In this document: positions 40,943 through 53,500 of the stretch, one piece after another
Numbering within the stretch: position 1 is the first letter of the stretch
How the letters are laid out: each line of letters starts with the position of its first letter
NCBI GenBank assembly: GCA_013416795.1
Contig: RQSC01000029.1
Span: forward strand, 687,067-751,066
From: Prasinococcaceae sp. CCMP 1430
Lineage: Eukaryota; Plantae; Prasinodermophyta
Reading direction: 5' to 3'
Length of the DNA stretch: 64,000 nucleotides
Program-made: the position numbers and the translations under genes
The notes under the pieces: generated by a model
What the model saw: only the letters and a program-made list of their open reading frames with translations
What the model was told of the DNA's origin: nothing
Database searches by the model: none

Positions 40943-41790
40943 CTAGCACCTACGCGGACCGGCAGGCACGTGCACGACGAAAGGATTGTCGGCGAACACG
41001 AGCGCCGTCGGCAGTGCCGCGGGCGCATCGATCGCTGCGCCAGCGCGCGCGTCACCTTCCCTCGCGGCACCCGAGCCTGCGCCAGGCGGCGAGAGGGGTG
41101 GCGAGTTCGGCGGCGGGTGCGCCGCGTGGGGGCTGCGCACGTGCGCCGTCTGCGCGCGCTCCCTGGCGTGCCGCTGCCCAATCGCGTCCAGTATCGCTTC
41201 GTACGCGTTCCGCGCGCGGCTGTTTGCGTCCCGCGCCGCGCCGTGGCCCGCATCTGTGCCGCCCTTGAAGGACAGGCGAAAGAGGATCCTGCGGTGGTGC
41301 GAGAAGTGCGCGCGAGCGCCCTGCGCGGCTCCCGCGCCAGGCGCGGTGCCGCTCGGCTCGCAAGTGCCCGTGACGAGCGTCGGCCCGAAGAGCTGTTGCT
41401 CGAGCCGCACGCCCGACACGAGGCCGAGAGGCAACACGAACTCACCTCCGGCGTGTTTCCCCGAGGGAGGGCCGTAGGGGTGCGCGGGCGCTATGTTCAC
41501 GCCGCCCACGCTGCGCGACGAGGGCGCCGGCGCGCGCGCACGCGCGCCCGTGTGCCCTTGCGCGCCCTCGCTGCCCTTGCCGCTGACAAAGGTGATTGCG
41601 TGCCCGTCGAGCCAGAGCGTGCCGCGCACGTGGTGCATTTGCCCGTGCGCGCCGACTTTCCCGCCCACCTCGAACACCTCCAGCCGAGCGTCTCGCTCCA
41701 CGAGCAGCCACCTCCCGCCGCCCACGCCGCGCAGCACGTGCCCGCGGGCGCCCGCCGCCCCGCCAGGGCCGTACCAGCCAAGGTCCCCCG
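40943..41790 (-). CDS. PH-GRAM (WBP2-like) domain protein, 5' end unresolved
   Basis: RGTLWLDGHAITFV...FVLPLGLVSGVRLEQQLFGPTLVTG...FRLSFKGG...DNPFVV fits the WBP2-type pattern. Confidence 0.5.
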
Positions 41791-41873
41791 CCACCACCCG
41801 GGTAGGTACCCGCCCGCCCCAACCGCAACCGCCCCGCGCGCCGCGCGCCGTGTGGCGCCGCGCGCATCCGCCG

Positions 41874-41904
<31 letters not shown>

Positions 41905-42604
41905 CGCCGCGCGGTCCGGCGCCGAAACGCGCGCGTTCCGCCAATCGCGAGGGCGTCGTACCTGAGGTACCCCGCCTCGCGTTCGTTATCGGTAAAAACG
42001 CCGTTTTCGTCCCCTTCCGTTTTTTTCCGCGCCTCGCACCGGAAAAAAACGGGGCGCGCGCGCGGGCGCTTTCGTCCCCTCGACGCGACCGAACCCGAAG
42101 CGTCGATCGCGAGCCAGACGGCGCTCGAGGCCAGGATTCGATCCCGCGGGCCGCGACGGGGCGCCCGCGCGCGGCCAGACCACGAGGCCCTTTCCTCGCA
42201 GCAAAGCTCGGACACCGTGTGATGTCGACGATAAGAGCGCGCTCGTAAGGCGCATCCATGTCAGCAGCGTTGATGCGCACAGCCATGGCGATTGCGTGCA
42301 CCGCATCCGAGCGTGGGCAGGCGAGAAGCCCGCCACGGCTAGGGCAAGCGATTTCCACTGACATGACAGTCAGGTGAGAGGCGCCAACGCCGCCACCGGC
42401 CGCATACGCCTGGCTGTGCCCCGCGGANGCGCCACTCGCCGGGGCGCGCGCGCGGGGGCGCGGAGCGGGGGGGAAGGGGGGTGGGTAGCTGGGTGGGCGG
42501 GCGGGGAGGGAGGCCAGCGGGCGCGCGCGCGGGAAAGGGAGGGGACCCGGCGAGCGCGGAGTGCGGGCGATCAGCGATCGGGGGGGGACGTCTGCGGCGG
42601 CGCG

Positions 42605-42901
42605 ATGGTCGCCGAGGGCAATGTCGGGCTGGCGTTCGGCCTCGTGGTGGCAGCGGGGCTGTCGACGACGATCGGCGCCACGTTCTCGTTCTGCTCGAAC
42701 CTGTACAACCGCAAGCTGCTCGCGGGCGCCCTCGCCATTTCCGCGGGCGTCATGATCTACGTGAGCTTCGCGGAGATCTTCTGCGTGAAGGTGCGTGGAC
42801 GACGAGGGAGCCGCCCCCCCCCCCCCTGTCCCCCCCTGCGCGGCGCCGCGCGCCTGCCTGGCGCTCCTCTCCCTCCCCGCGCGCCGCCGTGCGATGCCCC
42901 T

Positions 42902-42950
<49 letters not shown>

Positions 42951-44051
42951 AGCGCATGGACGCACACGCACACACATGCACAAGAACGTGCACACACACT
43001 CACCCACACACACACCCACGCGCGCTGTGCACGCAACGCTGTGCGCGCAGAGGCCCGGCGCACCGCCTGGCCGAGGACAGCGCGTCTGACTCGCCCGCGA
43101 CCGCGACCGCACCCCTTCCCGCAGGCGGTCGAGGGCTTTATGGACGCTGGCTACGATGACGCAGCGGCGTGGAGGTACGCCACGTTCTCGTTCTTCAGCG
43201 GGATCATTCTCATCGCCATCCTGGACTGGCTCGTGCACAGGATCACTGGCTGGGCGCACAACGCAGGGGGGAAGGACGCGGCGGCCGATGGCGCTGTGCC
43301 TGGAGCAGTGTGCGTGGCTGAGGGTTGCCACGGCGGCGACGGCGCCGCACCTGCCGCAGTCGTCGACTCGACCCAGATCACGCTCCAGCCGCCGGGCGTT
43401 CAGGCGATTGAGCAGCTGCACCCCCCGCCCCGCCCGGACGTGCAGGGCGATGCGCTCGACACCAATGTCGCCCTCGTGGGCCAGCTTAGGGAGGGCGTCG
43501 AGGGGCTCACGCACGCTGCGGCGGAGGGCGATGAGGAGGGCGGCGCTGCGGACGCGAAGAAGGACGAGACCCCTGAGGAGAAAGCTGAGCGCACCAAGCT
43601 CACCAAAATGTCGCTGCTGACGGGACTGGCCATCGCGATACACAACTTCCCCGAGGGTCTGGCAACCTTCGTGGCGACGCTGGCCGACGCGAGCGTGGGC
43701 ATCAGCGTGGCCATCGCCATCGCGCTGCACAATATTCCGGAGGGCATTTGCGTTGCTATGCCCGTGTACTACGCGACGGGCTCGAGGTGGAAGGGTTTCC
43801 TGTGGTCGTTCCTCAGTGGCGTCTCGGAGCCCATCGGCGCCCTCATCGGCTATGCCGTCCTTTCCGACGGCTTCTCAGACACGGCCTTCGGCGTGATCTT
43901 CGGCATGGTGGGCGGCATGATGGTCTTCATCGCTCTGCGCGAGCTGCTCCCCACCGCGCACAGGTACGATCCCGAGGACAGCGTCTCGTCCTTCTGCCTC
44001 GTGCTGGGAATGGCGCTCATGGCTGCGTCGCTCCTGCTCTTCGCCATTTGA
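42605..44051 (+). CDS. ZIP-family metal transporter (ZupT/ZTP29-like); exons 42605-42790, 43125-44051
   Basis: AAGLSTTIG, SAGVMIYVSF, HNFPEGL, HNIPEG, SGVSEPIG, VGGMMVFIALRELLP. Confidence 0.92.
42903..42950. repeat. C48 homopolymer in the ZIP intron
   Basis: Read directly from the sequence. Confidence 0.9.
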
Positions 44052-44871
44052 GGCGGCCATGTATCAATTGATCGCCGTCGGACGGCTCGCCTCGCTGCCT
44101 GCGGCCGCCGCTCGGATGGCCCGACAGCGCCAGCGGGGCGGGGCGGAACGCAGAGGGTCGGGACACCAAAGGGGATGAGAGTTACTTAATAAGGGGGAGC
44201 TTCGGGCGCGTGCGGCTGCCACGATCGCGCGCGTCGAGGAGGGAGGAGGGCGCGGCCGCGCCCCCGACCGTAACAACCACCGCGACACTTTCCACGCGTC
44301 GACCAACGTCACCGAACTCGCTCGAGCATTGGCCTTGAGTGGCTTCTCCCCAGCGCGCACGTGGGGCACGCGTACAGGCACGCGCTGCCGCGCGCATGCG
44401 CGCACTCCGCGAGGGAGACGTGATCCCATCGCACGCGCGCGCGTGCGCCTGCTGCGCCCCACGCGGTCGGACAAGTCTCCCGTCGTTATGTTTGAGCTTT
44501 TTTATTACTGTACATATTTCCAACTGCGGTGGGGTGGGGGTTGTTGTTGTTGCCATGGCGGCAGACTCACACCCTCCCGCACCGCGGGTGGACAGGAGAC
44601 AAAAAGTCCATCAAAATTCAAACACGTCGTCGCCTCGTGTCCCTCACCACGCGGTTGTACCGCCCGGTCAAGTCGGATCCGGCGCGCGCCGCTCGGCGGG
44701 GGCGTGGAGTTTTTTACCCCGGCCGCGGATGGGAAGTTTGGGTGGGAGAGACACGATTGAATGAGAGGAAGCGAGCGCGGTGCGCAGCGGGTTTGCGCCG
44801 CGGCGCGGAAGCGCGCGCGCTGACGGGGGTGGGTGGGGGCAGCGCGGCACACGTCGCGCGGGCGGCGGCGC

Positions 44872-45714
44872 NNNNNNNNNNNNNNNNNNNNNNNNNNNNN
44901 NNNNNNNNNNNNNNNNNNNNNNNNNNNNNNNNNNNNNNNNNNNNNNNNNNNNNNNNNNNNNNNNNNNNNNNNNNNNNNNNNNNNNNNNNNNNNNNNNNNN
45001 NNNNNNNNNNNNNNNNNNNNNNNNNNNNNNNNNNNNNNNNNNNNNNNNNNNNNNNNNNNNNNNNNNNNNNNNNNNNNNNNNNNNNNNNNNNNNNNNNNNN
45101 NNNNNNNNNNNNNNNNNNNNNNNNNNNNNNNNNNNNNNNNNNNNNNNNNNNNNNNNNNNNNNNNNNNNNNNNNNNNNNNNNNNNNNNNNNNNNNNNNNNN
45201 NNNNNNNNNNNNNNNNNNNNNNNNNNNNNNNNNNNNNNNNNNNNNNNNNNNNNNNNNNNNNNNNNNNNNNNNNNNNNNNNNNNNNNNNNNNNNNNNNNNN
45301 NNNNNNNNNNNNNNNNNNNNNNNNNNNNNNNNNNNNNNNNNNNNNNNNNNNNNNNNNNNNNNNNNNNNNNNNNNNNNNNNNNNNNNNNNNNNNNNNNNNN
45401 NNNNNNNNNNNNNNNNNNNNNNNNNNNNNNNNNNNNNNNNNNNNNNNNNNNNNNNNNNNNNNNNNNNNNNNNNNNNNNNNNNNNNNNNNNNNNNNNNNNN
45501 NNNNNNNNNNNNNNNNNNNNNNNNNNNNNNNNNNNNNNNNNNNNNNNNNNNNNNNNNNNNNNNNNNNNNNNNNNNNNNNNNNNNNNNNNNNNNNNNNNNN
45601 NNNNNNNNNNNNNNNNNNNNNNNNNNNNNNNNNNNNNNNNNNNNNNNNNNNNNNNNNNNNNNNNNNNNNNNNNNNNNNNNNNNNNNNNNNNNNNNNNNNN
45701 NNNNNNNNNNNNNN
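44872..45714. other. Assembly gap, probably containing the first CK1 exon(s)
   Basis: 843 N. Confidence 1.
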
Positions 45715-46110
45715 CGCGCCTGCGGCGCCGCCGCCGCCCCCCGGCCGCGCGCGCGCGTGTGCGTTGCGATCGCAGGTGTCCGCTGTTTTTTTTTTTTTTC
45801 GACGCGCGGTGGAGGTGGGCGCGCGCGAGGGCACCGAGGCGTGCGCGCGCGCCACGCTCTTCCCGCCCCCCCCCGCACCTGTTTCGCGGACTGGGGGGGA
45901 GGCGAAGCCCTCCCTCGTGCGCCGTGCGGGGGATTGGCAGTTCGCCCCGCGCCCGGGACGTCCCCATTCCCCTCCGAACGCGCGTGGGGCGTTGGGCGCG
46001 CGCGCGCGCACGCACGCGCTTGCGAACAGGCAGGGCAGGACCTTCGTGCCGGGCGCTGACTCCCATCCCCCCACACCCGCCAACCCCTCCCCTTCCCCCC
46101 ACACCCGCAG

Positions 46111-46985
46111 CGGGCATCCCCAACGTGCGCTGGTTCGGCGTGGAGGGCGACTACAACGTGATGGTGATGGACCTGCTGGGTCCCTCGCTCGAGGACCTGT
46201 TCAACTTCTGCGGTCGCAAGTTCATGCTCAAGACGGTGCTCATGCTTGCCGACCAGCTGCTGAGCAGGATTGAGTACGTGCACCTCCGCAGCTTCATCCA
46301 CCGCGACATCAAGCCGGACAACTTCCTCATGGGCCTGGGCAAGCGCGCCAACCAGGTGAACGTGATCGACTTCGGCCTCGCAAAGAAGTATCGCGACCCC
46401 AAGACGCACATCCACATCCCCTACAGGGAGAACAAGAACCTCACCGGCACCGCGCGCTACGCCTCGATCAACACGCACCTTGGCATCGAGCAGTCGCGCC
46501 GCGACGACCTCGAGTCGCTCGGCTACGTGCTCATGTACTTCCTGCGCGGGAGCCTGCCGTGGCAGGGCATGCGCGCGGCCACCAAGAAGCAGAAGTACGA
46601 AAAAATCAGCGAGAAGAAAATGAGCACACCCATCGAGGTGCTCTGCAAGGGCTTCCCGCAGGAGTTCGTGACCTACTTTCAGGTGTGCCGCTCGCTGCGG
46701 TTCGATGACAAGCCGGACTACTCGTACCTGCGCAAGCTCTTCCGCGACCTCTTCATCAAGGAGGGCTACCAGTACGACTACGTCTTTGACTGGACCATCC
46801 TCAAGTACCAGCAGAGCCAGCAAAATTCGAGCGGCGGCGCGGGGGGCTCGGGGACGCAGCAGGCAGGCTCCAGGTCGCGCGAGGCGAGCGGCAGGGCGCC
46901 TGAGGCGAGCCCCAAGCGAGGGGCGTCGGGGGCTTTGGCGAGCGCGGCAGCAGGTGGCAGGCAAGCATCGGGATCGCGCAGATGA
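46111..46985 (+). CDS. CK1: Casein kinase I (3' exon; N-lobe in gap)
   Basis: [61 protein letters not shown]; acceptor CCGCAG at 46109-46110. Confidence 0.96.
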
Positions 46986-47442
46986 TCCTGCCGAGCGCCA
47001 TCGGGGTGGGATGGTTGGTGGGTGGACGGCGGTGATGCCGGTGGGCTGATGCCATGTAAGAAGCGTGAGTGGACGCTGACACTCGCTGCACATGGGCACC
47101 TCGCGAGTCGGCCACTTGGTCGCGCGCCAGAGCGCTCGCGCGTCGGCGTGTGAGGGAGGAAGCCGCTCAGCCATCCCATCGACCAGCCAGGTGCCTCTGC
47201 TCGCGCTTTGGATACTCAGGATAGACAGGCAGCGGATCAGGTGGTGAAATCAGATTCGCTCGTCTGGTCAATTTTTCTGCAGCGCAGCGCCCGGACACAC
47301 TGTGCGGGCGCGCGCCGGCGTCGCGCCACTGCACTTGCGAGCGCTTGCCAGCCGCCACGCCGCCGCCGCCGCCGCCGCCACACCGTCGCGCCATCAATCG
47401 GTCCTGCCCTCGCCCGTCGATCGCGCAGAGCGCCTCTGCGCC

Positions 47443-48220
47443 ATGGGGACCACATACAGTGGTGCGTCGCCAGCGAGCGGCTGCTCGTGCGAGTATATGT
47501 GCCCCATTTTTCTGGCTGGGCGCTGCGGCAGCGCCCATCGCAGCCGCCAAGAGGTACTGTGGCTGACGAGCAGCCGCCCTTTGCGCGCCCGGCCTTCCTG
47601 CACGCAGCGTATCCGCCGCCCAACTGCGAGAAGGCGATCTGGGAAGGCGGCTACGAGTCTGTCAAGTGGTCCACTGATGCCAAGCTCGTCAATGCTTTGC
47701 CTACTCCGTACATTACCGGCTCCGCGGCCGACCCGGTCTCAGACAAGTGGCTGATTCCCACCGGCCTCAACGATTACTCATGGGTGTACACCAGCGATCC
47801 AGACGAGCTGACGTGGCAGGATGACGGCACCATCACCTGGACCGAGGGCAACGCGCCGTCCATCTGCACCGGCACGCCGTACGGCCCAGGGACGATCGTG
47901 TGCGCTAACACCGACAATGGCGGCTACCGCGCGATATTCGCCACGTCGTACACGAATGACTGCAAGGTCGACAACGCCACCTTCATCTACGCCAAGTACG
48001 TACGAGCCGAGCGCGCGTGTACGTGCGTGAGTGTATGTGTGCGCGCGCGTGCGTGCACGCGTGCGTGCATACATACTGCTGCTTGGCAAGACGCGCGCAC
48101 TGACGCGCACACGCGCACAGGTCTTGGACGGTCGGCTGCACGTCCGAAGCTTGCAACCCGTCCGTCGCCTACACCGAGTTTTACCGCAAGGCCTCGGACG
48201 GTTCCTACGGTCACCACTGA
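47443..48220 (+). CDS. Orphan 168-aa protein with N-myristoylation motif; exons 47443-47461, 47608-47995, 48121-48220
   Basis: Splicing GTGCGT...CGCAG and GTACGT...CACAG gives a stop-free 507-nt CDS MGTTYSAYPPPNCEK...SWTVGCTSEACNPS...YGHH*. Confidence 0.65.
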
Positions 48221-48704
48221 CCAGTGACTTGAGCAAGCGAGCGTCTGCGCGACCAGTGCGTGGCAACTTTTGAAGCGCGTACCACTACACTGTTAGTACT
48301 ACAGTCAGAGTAGCCTCTCTACTAGTGGCTACTCGGGACCGAGGGAGGACATCGCAACTATCGCCGCGTCTAACGAAAGAGGCGGGTGCATAGATACCTC
48401 TACCATCGACCGACGCTGTCTTGTAGCTGTGACCGTGGATTGGCGCCGACGAGAGACAAACAGAGAGGCTCTTGACGGAGCTCAGGGACAGCGTGGTACA
48501 CTGCCTCAGGCTTCTCCGTCAGCAGACCGTCAAACGACGGCGACCGACGCGCTCCGTCGCGCGCAGTAACGCTCGCCACCCGTTTGAGTCGCCCTCCAAG
48601 TTTGCTTTAAGTGATCTGTCCTTCGAGCGCGAGGAGTCTCCGGCGCGCGTCGCCGCCGCGAGCTTCCAATGAGGGCGTGCGAACCACGCGGGCAAGGATG
48701 TCAC

Positions 48705-49427
48705 TCACCTGACGAAGGGCACGCCGCTCCACGGCACTCGCCGCTTGTACTCGTGCCATGCGTCGCCGAAGAGGTGCTCGAGCGTGCGCTCCTCGTACGG
48801 AATACGCTCGGCAAAGAAGCGGCGCGCCGCCTCGGCGAATGCGACCGCGCCAACTGGGTTACCTGCGCACAGGTGGGCGCGTGGGCGGCGCAGCGTCAGC
48901 CGCCGAGCGCGCGCGAACCACGCGTGCGTGTGCGCGCGCACGGCGGGAGGAGAGCGGCGAGCGCGTACTCGCGCCACACGCGCTCGCACTCACGCACCGA
49001 GCATCAACTGCGTGCCAACCGCCCACAGCGACCAGCCGCCGTAGCCCGGGTGCCGGCACACGGCGTACGGTCCGCTCGTGACGAGCGCGTGGCCGTCGCG
49101 GCGGTGTGTCTTGATGTCGTGCGTGAACGCACGGCCGGCCCACGCCATCGCCCCCTTGCGCACGGCCTCGCCGAAGACGACAAGCGTGGCGCCCGCGGTG
49201 AAGGCGTGCGACACCATGCTGCGCTTCGCGCCGGGGAAGAGCGCCGCGCCGAGCACGAACTCGGCGGCGCCACCGGCCATCGCGAGCAGGTACGGCCTCT
49301 GCAGCAGCGCCGAGTCGAGCGAGAGGTTGTCGCCGTTGTGCCACGCGACGAGCGCGAGCTCCGACGCGTGGAAGAAGCCCAGGGCCGCGGCGAAGCAGCT
49401 GAACGACGCGCCCAGCGAGACGGGCAT
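48705..49427 (-). CDS. ICMT: Isoprenylcysteine carboxyl methyltransferase; exons 49427-48998, 48862-48705
   Basis: FTHDI...HALVTSGPYAVCRHPGYGGW...QLMLG|NPV...RIPYEERTLEHLFG...YKRRV. Confidence 0.92.
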
Positions 49428-49560
49428 CGCAACAGGCGGGGAAGTCGGGGATGGGGGGGCGGCGGGCAGGGCGGGGGGCGCGGGCGCCCCGCCGCCGCCC
49501 CCGCTCGAGCGCGCAGTGTGGCGCCCACAGCACCCCGCTCGGCCTCTGCCCCCCAGATTT

Positions 49561-49569
49561 AAACCCTAA
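49561..49569 (+). promoter_or_regulatory. Telo-box AAACCCTAA in the ICMT divergent promoter
   Basis: tttaaaccctaa, followed by further degenerate AACCC units up to about 49595. Confidence 0.65.
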
Positions 49570-49874
49570 CCCAATCACATCCCCAACCATAACCCAAAGG
49601 TCCACCATTTGTCTCAGGCCGAAAATCCGCGGTTTGTTTTGAATGAACGCCATTATTACGTATATTAAGTCGCGATGGAAAGATCAAATCTCTTCCAAAG
49701 TTGGACTCTACGGAACGAATTTGGAAGGTGGAGGAACGACTCGTGGAGCAGGGCGGCCGGGCGGCCGAGCGCATCCAACCGACGGCGAGCGGCGCCAACC
49801 GACGGGTGCGCCCGCGCGCGAGCGGCGCGGGCACACTCTGCGCGACCCCTTGCGCCCCGCGCGTGCGCGCCGCG

Positions 49875-50399
49875 ATGGGCTGCTGCGGCCCCGATGCGCC
49901 CCCGGGCGGCGGGAAGATGCTCGGGCGGCTCCAATTCCACGGCGCCGGGGTGTGCGGGGACCAGCGCCCGCTCACGTTCAAGGCGGGCGAGTGCTGCCTG
50001 CCATCGGGGCCGAGCGACGCGCGCTGGCTCGCGGCCGCGCCGGGCTTCGCGCCCCTGCTGGCCGAGGTGGACCAGTACGCCGTCGTCAAGCCGTGTTGCG
50101 GCTGCGCCTCGGCGGACCCCTTCGCCTCCAAGACCGCGCTCGACGGCGAGTGGACGCCCAAGGCAAACGCGTACCTGGCCCAGCACGGCCTCGTGTGCCA
50201 GATCCACGCCTTTTACCAATACGTGAGCACCGGCCAGGGCGGCACGGCGGTGCCCATGGCGCACCTGCTCATCTACGCGCTGGACGACCCGGCCGCCGCG
50301 GCCGACATGGCCAAGAACGCCGAGGAGTCGGCCGAGGCGATCGCCAAGGAGGGGGCGCAGAGGGCCGACAAGGCGCCCACGCAGCAGAGCATGCGGTGA
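49875..50399 (+). CDS. Small Cys-rich protein with MGCCG dual-acylation N-terminus (weak resemblance to Erf4/GOLGA7)
   Basis: 174 aa, high GC3; VKPCCGC, WTPKANAYLAQHGLV. Confidence 0.7.
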   Translation: MGCCGPDAPPGGGKMLGRLQFHGAGVCGDQRPLTFKAGECCLPSGPSDARWLAAAPGFAPLLAEVDQYAVVKPCCGCASADPFASKTALDGEWTPKANAYLAQHGLVCQIHAFYQYVSTGQGGTAVPMAHLLIYALDDPAAAADMAKNAEESAEAIAKEGAQRADKAPTQQSMR

Positions 50400-50534
50400 C
50401 GCGCGCGCAAAGGTAGTAAACTACAGAACATTACCAGCGATCACACCGGCCACCCACCCGAGGCGGCCACCCACACGACTCGGCGTGCGCGATGTGTGTT
50501 CACGAAGTCGTCGCGGTTGTCTCCTGACACGACG

Positions 50535-53500
50535 TCATCCCTGAGACGCCTGCGAGACAGCGACGGGCTGCTGCTGCGCACCCGCACCACCACCCCCGCC
50601 GAGCTGACCCCCATCGCCACCCTGCACGCAGCTTCGGGCGACGGACTGGAAGAGCCTCTCGATCTCGGGCGCGCAGCGCGTGAAGCCGCGCGCCCAGAAG
50701 GAGTACGTCGGGTTCTTGATCAGCTCGATGAAGCTGACGAGCAGCCCCCACGGGTGCGGGCGGTTGACGATGAGGCGCTCGAGCAGCACGCGCGTGATCT
50801 GCTCCTGCACGGCCTCGCTGGGCGCCTCGGCGAACAGCTGGAGCAGCAGGCAGCTGAAGAGGTGCGTGTGCGCGTTGGGGTAGCGCAGCTGGTTTGACAG
50901 CGCGTTGAAGAGGAGGTAGCGCCCCTCGGCATCGAGCTCAGCCACCAGGTACTTCATCACCTCCATGGGCGCGCCCTGCGCAGCCGCGGGCACCGACGTG
51001 CCCTTGGACTGCGCGTGGGCCACCGCGAGCGACCCCAGGTGGAGCACGAAGCCGTTCATCGCGGGCGTCGCGTAGGCGCCGCTGCCGCCGCCACCCTTGC
51101 CCCCGACGCGCATTGACTTGAGCGCCTCCTGGACCACCCGCGCCGCCGGCGCGCTACCCTGCACGAGCGCTTGCATGTCACGCCGCAGCGCAGCGCTGGG
51201 CACCAGCTGCTCCGCGTCGGCGGCCATGCGGGGCACCTGCGTAATCTCCGGGAGCATGTCCACCTTGAGGTTGGGCGTGAAGGGGTCGGGCAGACGCATC
51301 CCGGCGGGGAAGGCGGAGAGCACGAGATTCCTGAGCTGCACGCACGTGAGCGGGATGGCGTCGCAGAGCGCCGCGTGATGTTCGCACAGGAACGAGGGCG
51401 CGTCGTGCAGCAGCACCAGCAGCACGCGCAGCACGCCGCGGTACATCACGCGCATGGGCTCCGACAGCTCGGCGGCGCCGAGGGCGGGCTCCACGAATCG
51501 CAGCGCGGCCACGATGAGGCGCTTGAACAGATCCCAGCCCGCGCGATTCGCCAGCATCTTGGGCATGTACGTGCGGTGCGAGACGAGCTCGAGCCAGGCG
51601 AACGCGAACGCTGGCACACGCAGCGGCTGGACGGCCACGTAGAGCTGTGCAAGCGAGGACAGCGCGTGGGCGCGCCCGGCCTCGCCTTCCATGCCATCAA
51701 CCGCCGACGTGAGGTCAGCGGACCACGTCACCAGCAGCCGGAAGTACGGCCTCGCGTTGAAGCCCGCACCCTGCTCGTCCGCGTCCGCCACCAGCGCGCG
51801 CGCGGCAACGCCGAGGACCTTGGTGAGCATGGCCGCCGAGCGCTGCGCGGCGACCTGCGGCGGCGGCGCAGGCTGGCCGGGAGCCGACTGCCCGGCCCCC
51901 TTAATCACGTAGAGCGCCAGTTTGGCGAACGCGTCCACCGCCTGGAAGTTCAAGCGAGCCGGTGCGCCCTGCGCTCCCGCGCCGCCGGGCGCGGCCTCGC
52001 CGCTGGCGACGCAGTGCGCCGTGCACAGCTCCATGAGGATGAGGAGGAGGCGCTCGGTGGTCTCGTCGCCACGCGTAAGCCCCGCCGCCTGCAGCTGCGC
52101 AACGAACGCGGTGGCCGCGCCGCGGCCCGCCTCGTACACCCGCGCCCACTCCTCGAAGAGCGCCACCGCCTGCTCGCGGAGGCCCGCGCGGTCGCCGCCG
52201 CGCTTGTCGCTTGCTGCCGCCGCCGCACCCGCGACGGCGCTGGCAGCAGCCGCGCCGCCAGGCCCGCTCCCGCTCGAGCGCCTGCCTGAAGAGCGCGCGG
52301 CCTCAAGCAGCTGCGAGAGCGGGTCGTTGGGCCCCGCGCCCGCAGCCGCCTTGGAGAGCGCCTCCATGGTCGCCGTGAGCTCCGAGGCTGGCACCGCGCG
52401 GGCCTCAACGCACGCGCCCTGGACGACGAGCGCAGCGAACTCGGTGTGCCTGCCGCCGGCAAGCCGCACGAGCGCGCTGTCCACGTCGCGCGGGGCCACC
52501 GCGTGCGCGCGCAGAAGCGCCACCACGTGCTCCGGCCTCACCGTGAGCTCGTTCGCGCCGAGCGCATGCGCAAGCGCCGTAGCCACGTCCTTGGGCACCC
52601 GCTGGGGTGCGAGGCCGGCTATGGCGGCCACCGCCGCGGCGAGGCCGCCGTGCAGAATCCGCGCGCTTGGTGGCGACTCCAGCAGGCGCGTCAGTGCGCG
52701 CATCGCCCCCGCACCGGCAACGGCGGGCCGCCTCGCCGGCTGCACCGCGGCCACCGCGTCGCGCGCCTCGGCGACCGCCGCGCGCGCTTCGTGCGTCGAG
52801 GGCAGGCTGTCGAAGGTGTTGGTGCCCTCATCGTTGCGCAGCAAGCCGTCGAGCCGCGTGAGCGCCGCGTTCACCAGCTCCGACGCGGCCTCCTCCGCAC
52901 TCGCCGGCGGCGCTTGCGACGATGCCTGCGCGCCCGACGCGCCGGACCCCGTGCCAGCACCCCCGGCGCCGCCGGAGGCGGTGCCGGCCGAGGAGCCACC
53001 GCTGCCACCGCCGCTCGCTGCCGAGCCGTAGAGCGCCTGCTTTGGGATGCGCGTGAAGTCGTCGTACACGCGCTGCTGCGTGCGCGACAGCGGACCCGGC
53101 TTGGGGCGCAGCAGCTCGGGCAGCTCGCCTGGGTAGCGCCCCTGGCTAAGCACGGCCATGTCGTAGAACGGCTGGCTGCCGTGAGTGGTCTCGCGATGCT
53201 TGCGGCGCGCGGTGTAGGCCTGAGACAGCGCCTCATCCACATCGCGTATGGCCTTCTCCGTCGCCGCCTTCTCGATGAGGGCGCACCCAAGCTCGAGATT
53301 GTCGGCGGTGACCACCTGCACAGCCTGGTCGAGGATAGCGGCGTCCATGGACACGCCTGCCGAGCGCACCACCTCCTGCATGAGCTGGCGGTGGTGGTTC
53401 GCCATCGACACACGCAGCGGCTCGCGGCACGTCACCAGCGCAAGGCTGCCAGCCAGGCTGGACACCATCAGATGCGCGGCCGCGCGCATCTGCCCCTCGT

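Noticed and set aside
48519-48708. Extra ICMT exon via the GTGAGT donor overlapping the stop codon
   Set aside because: ICMT homologs end at about this point (VPF-x-R/K), so the unspliced stop is sufficient. At most a minor isoform.
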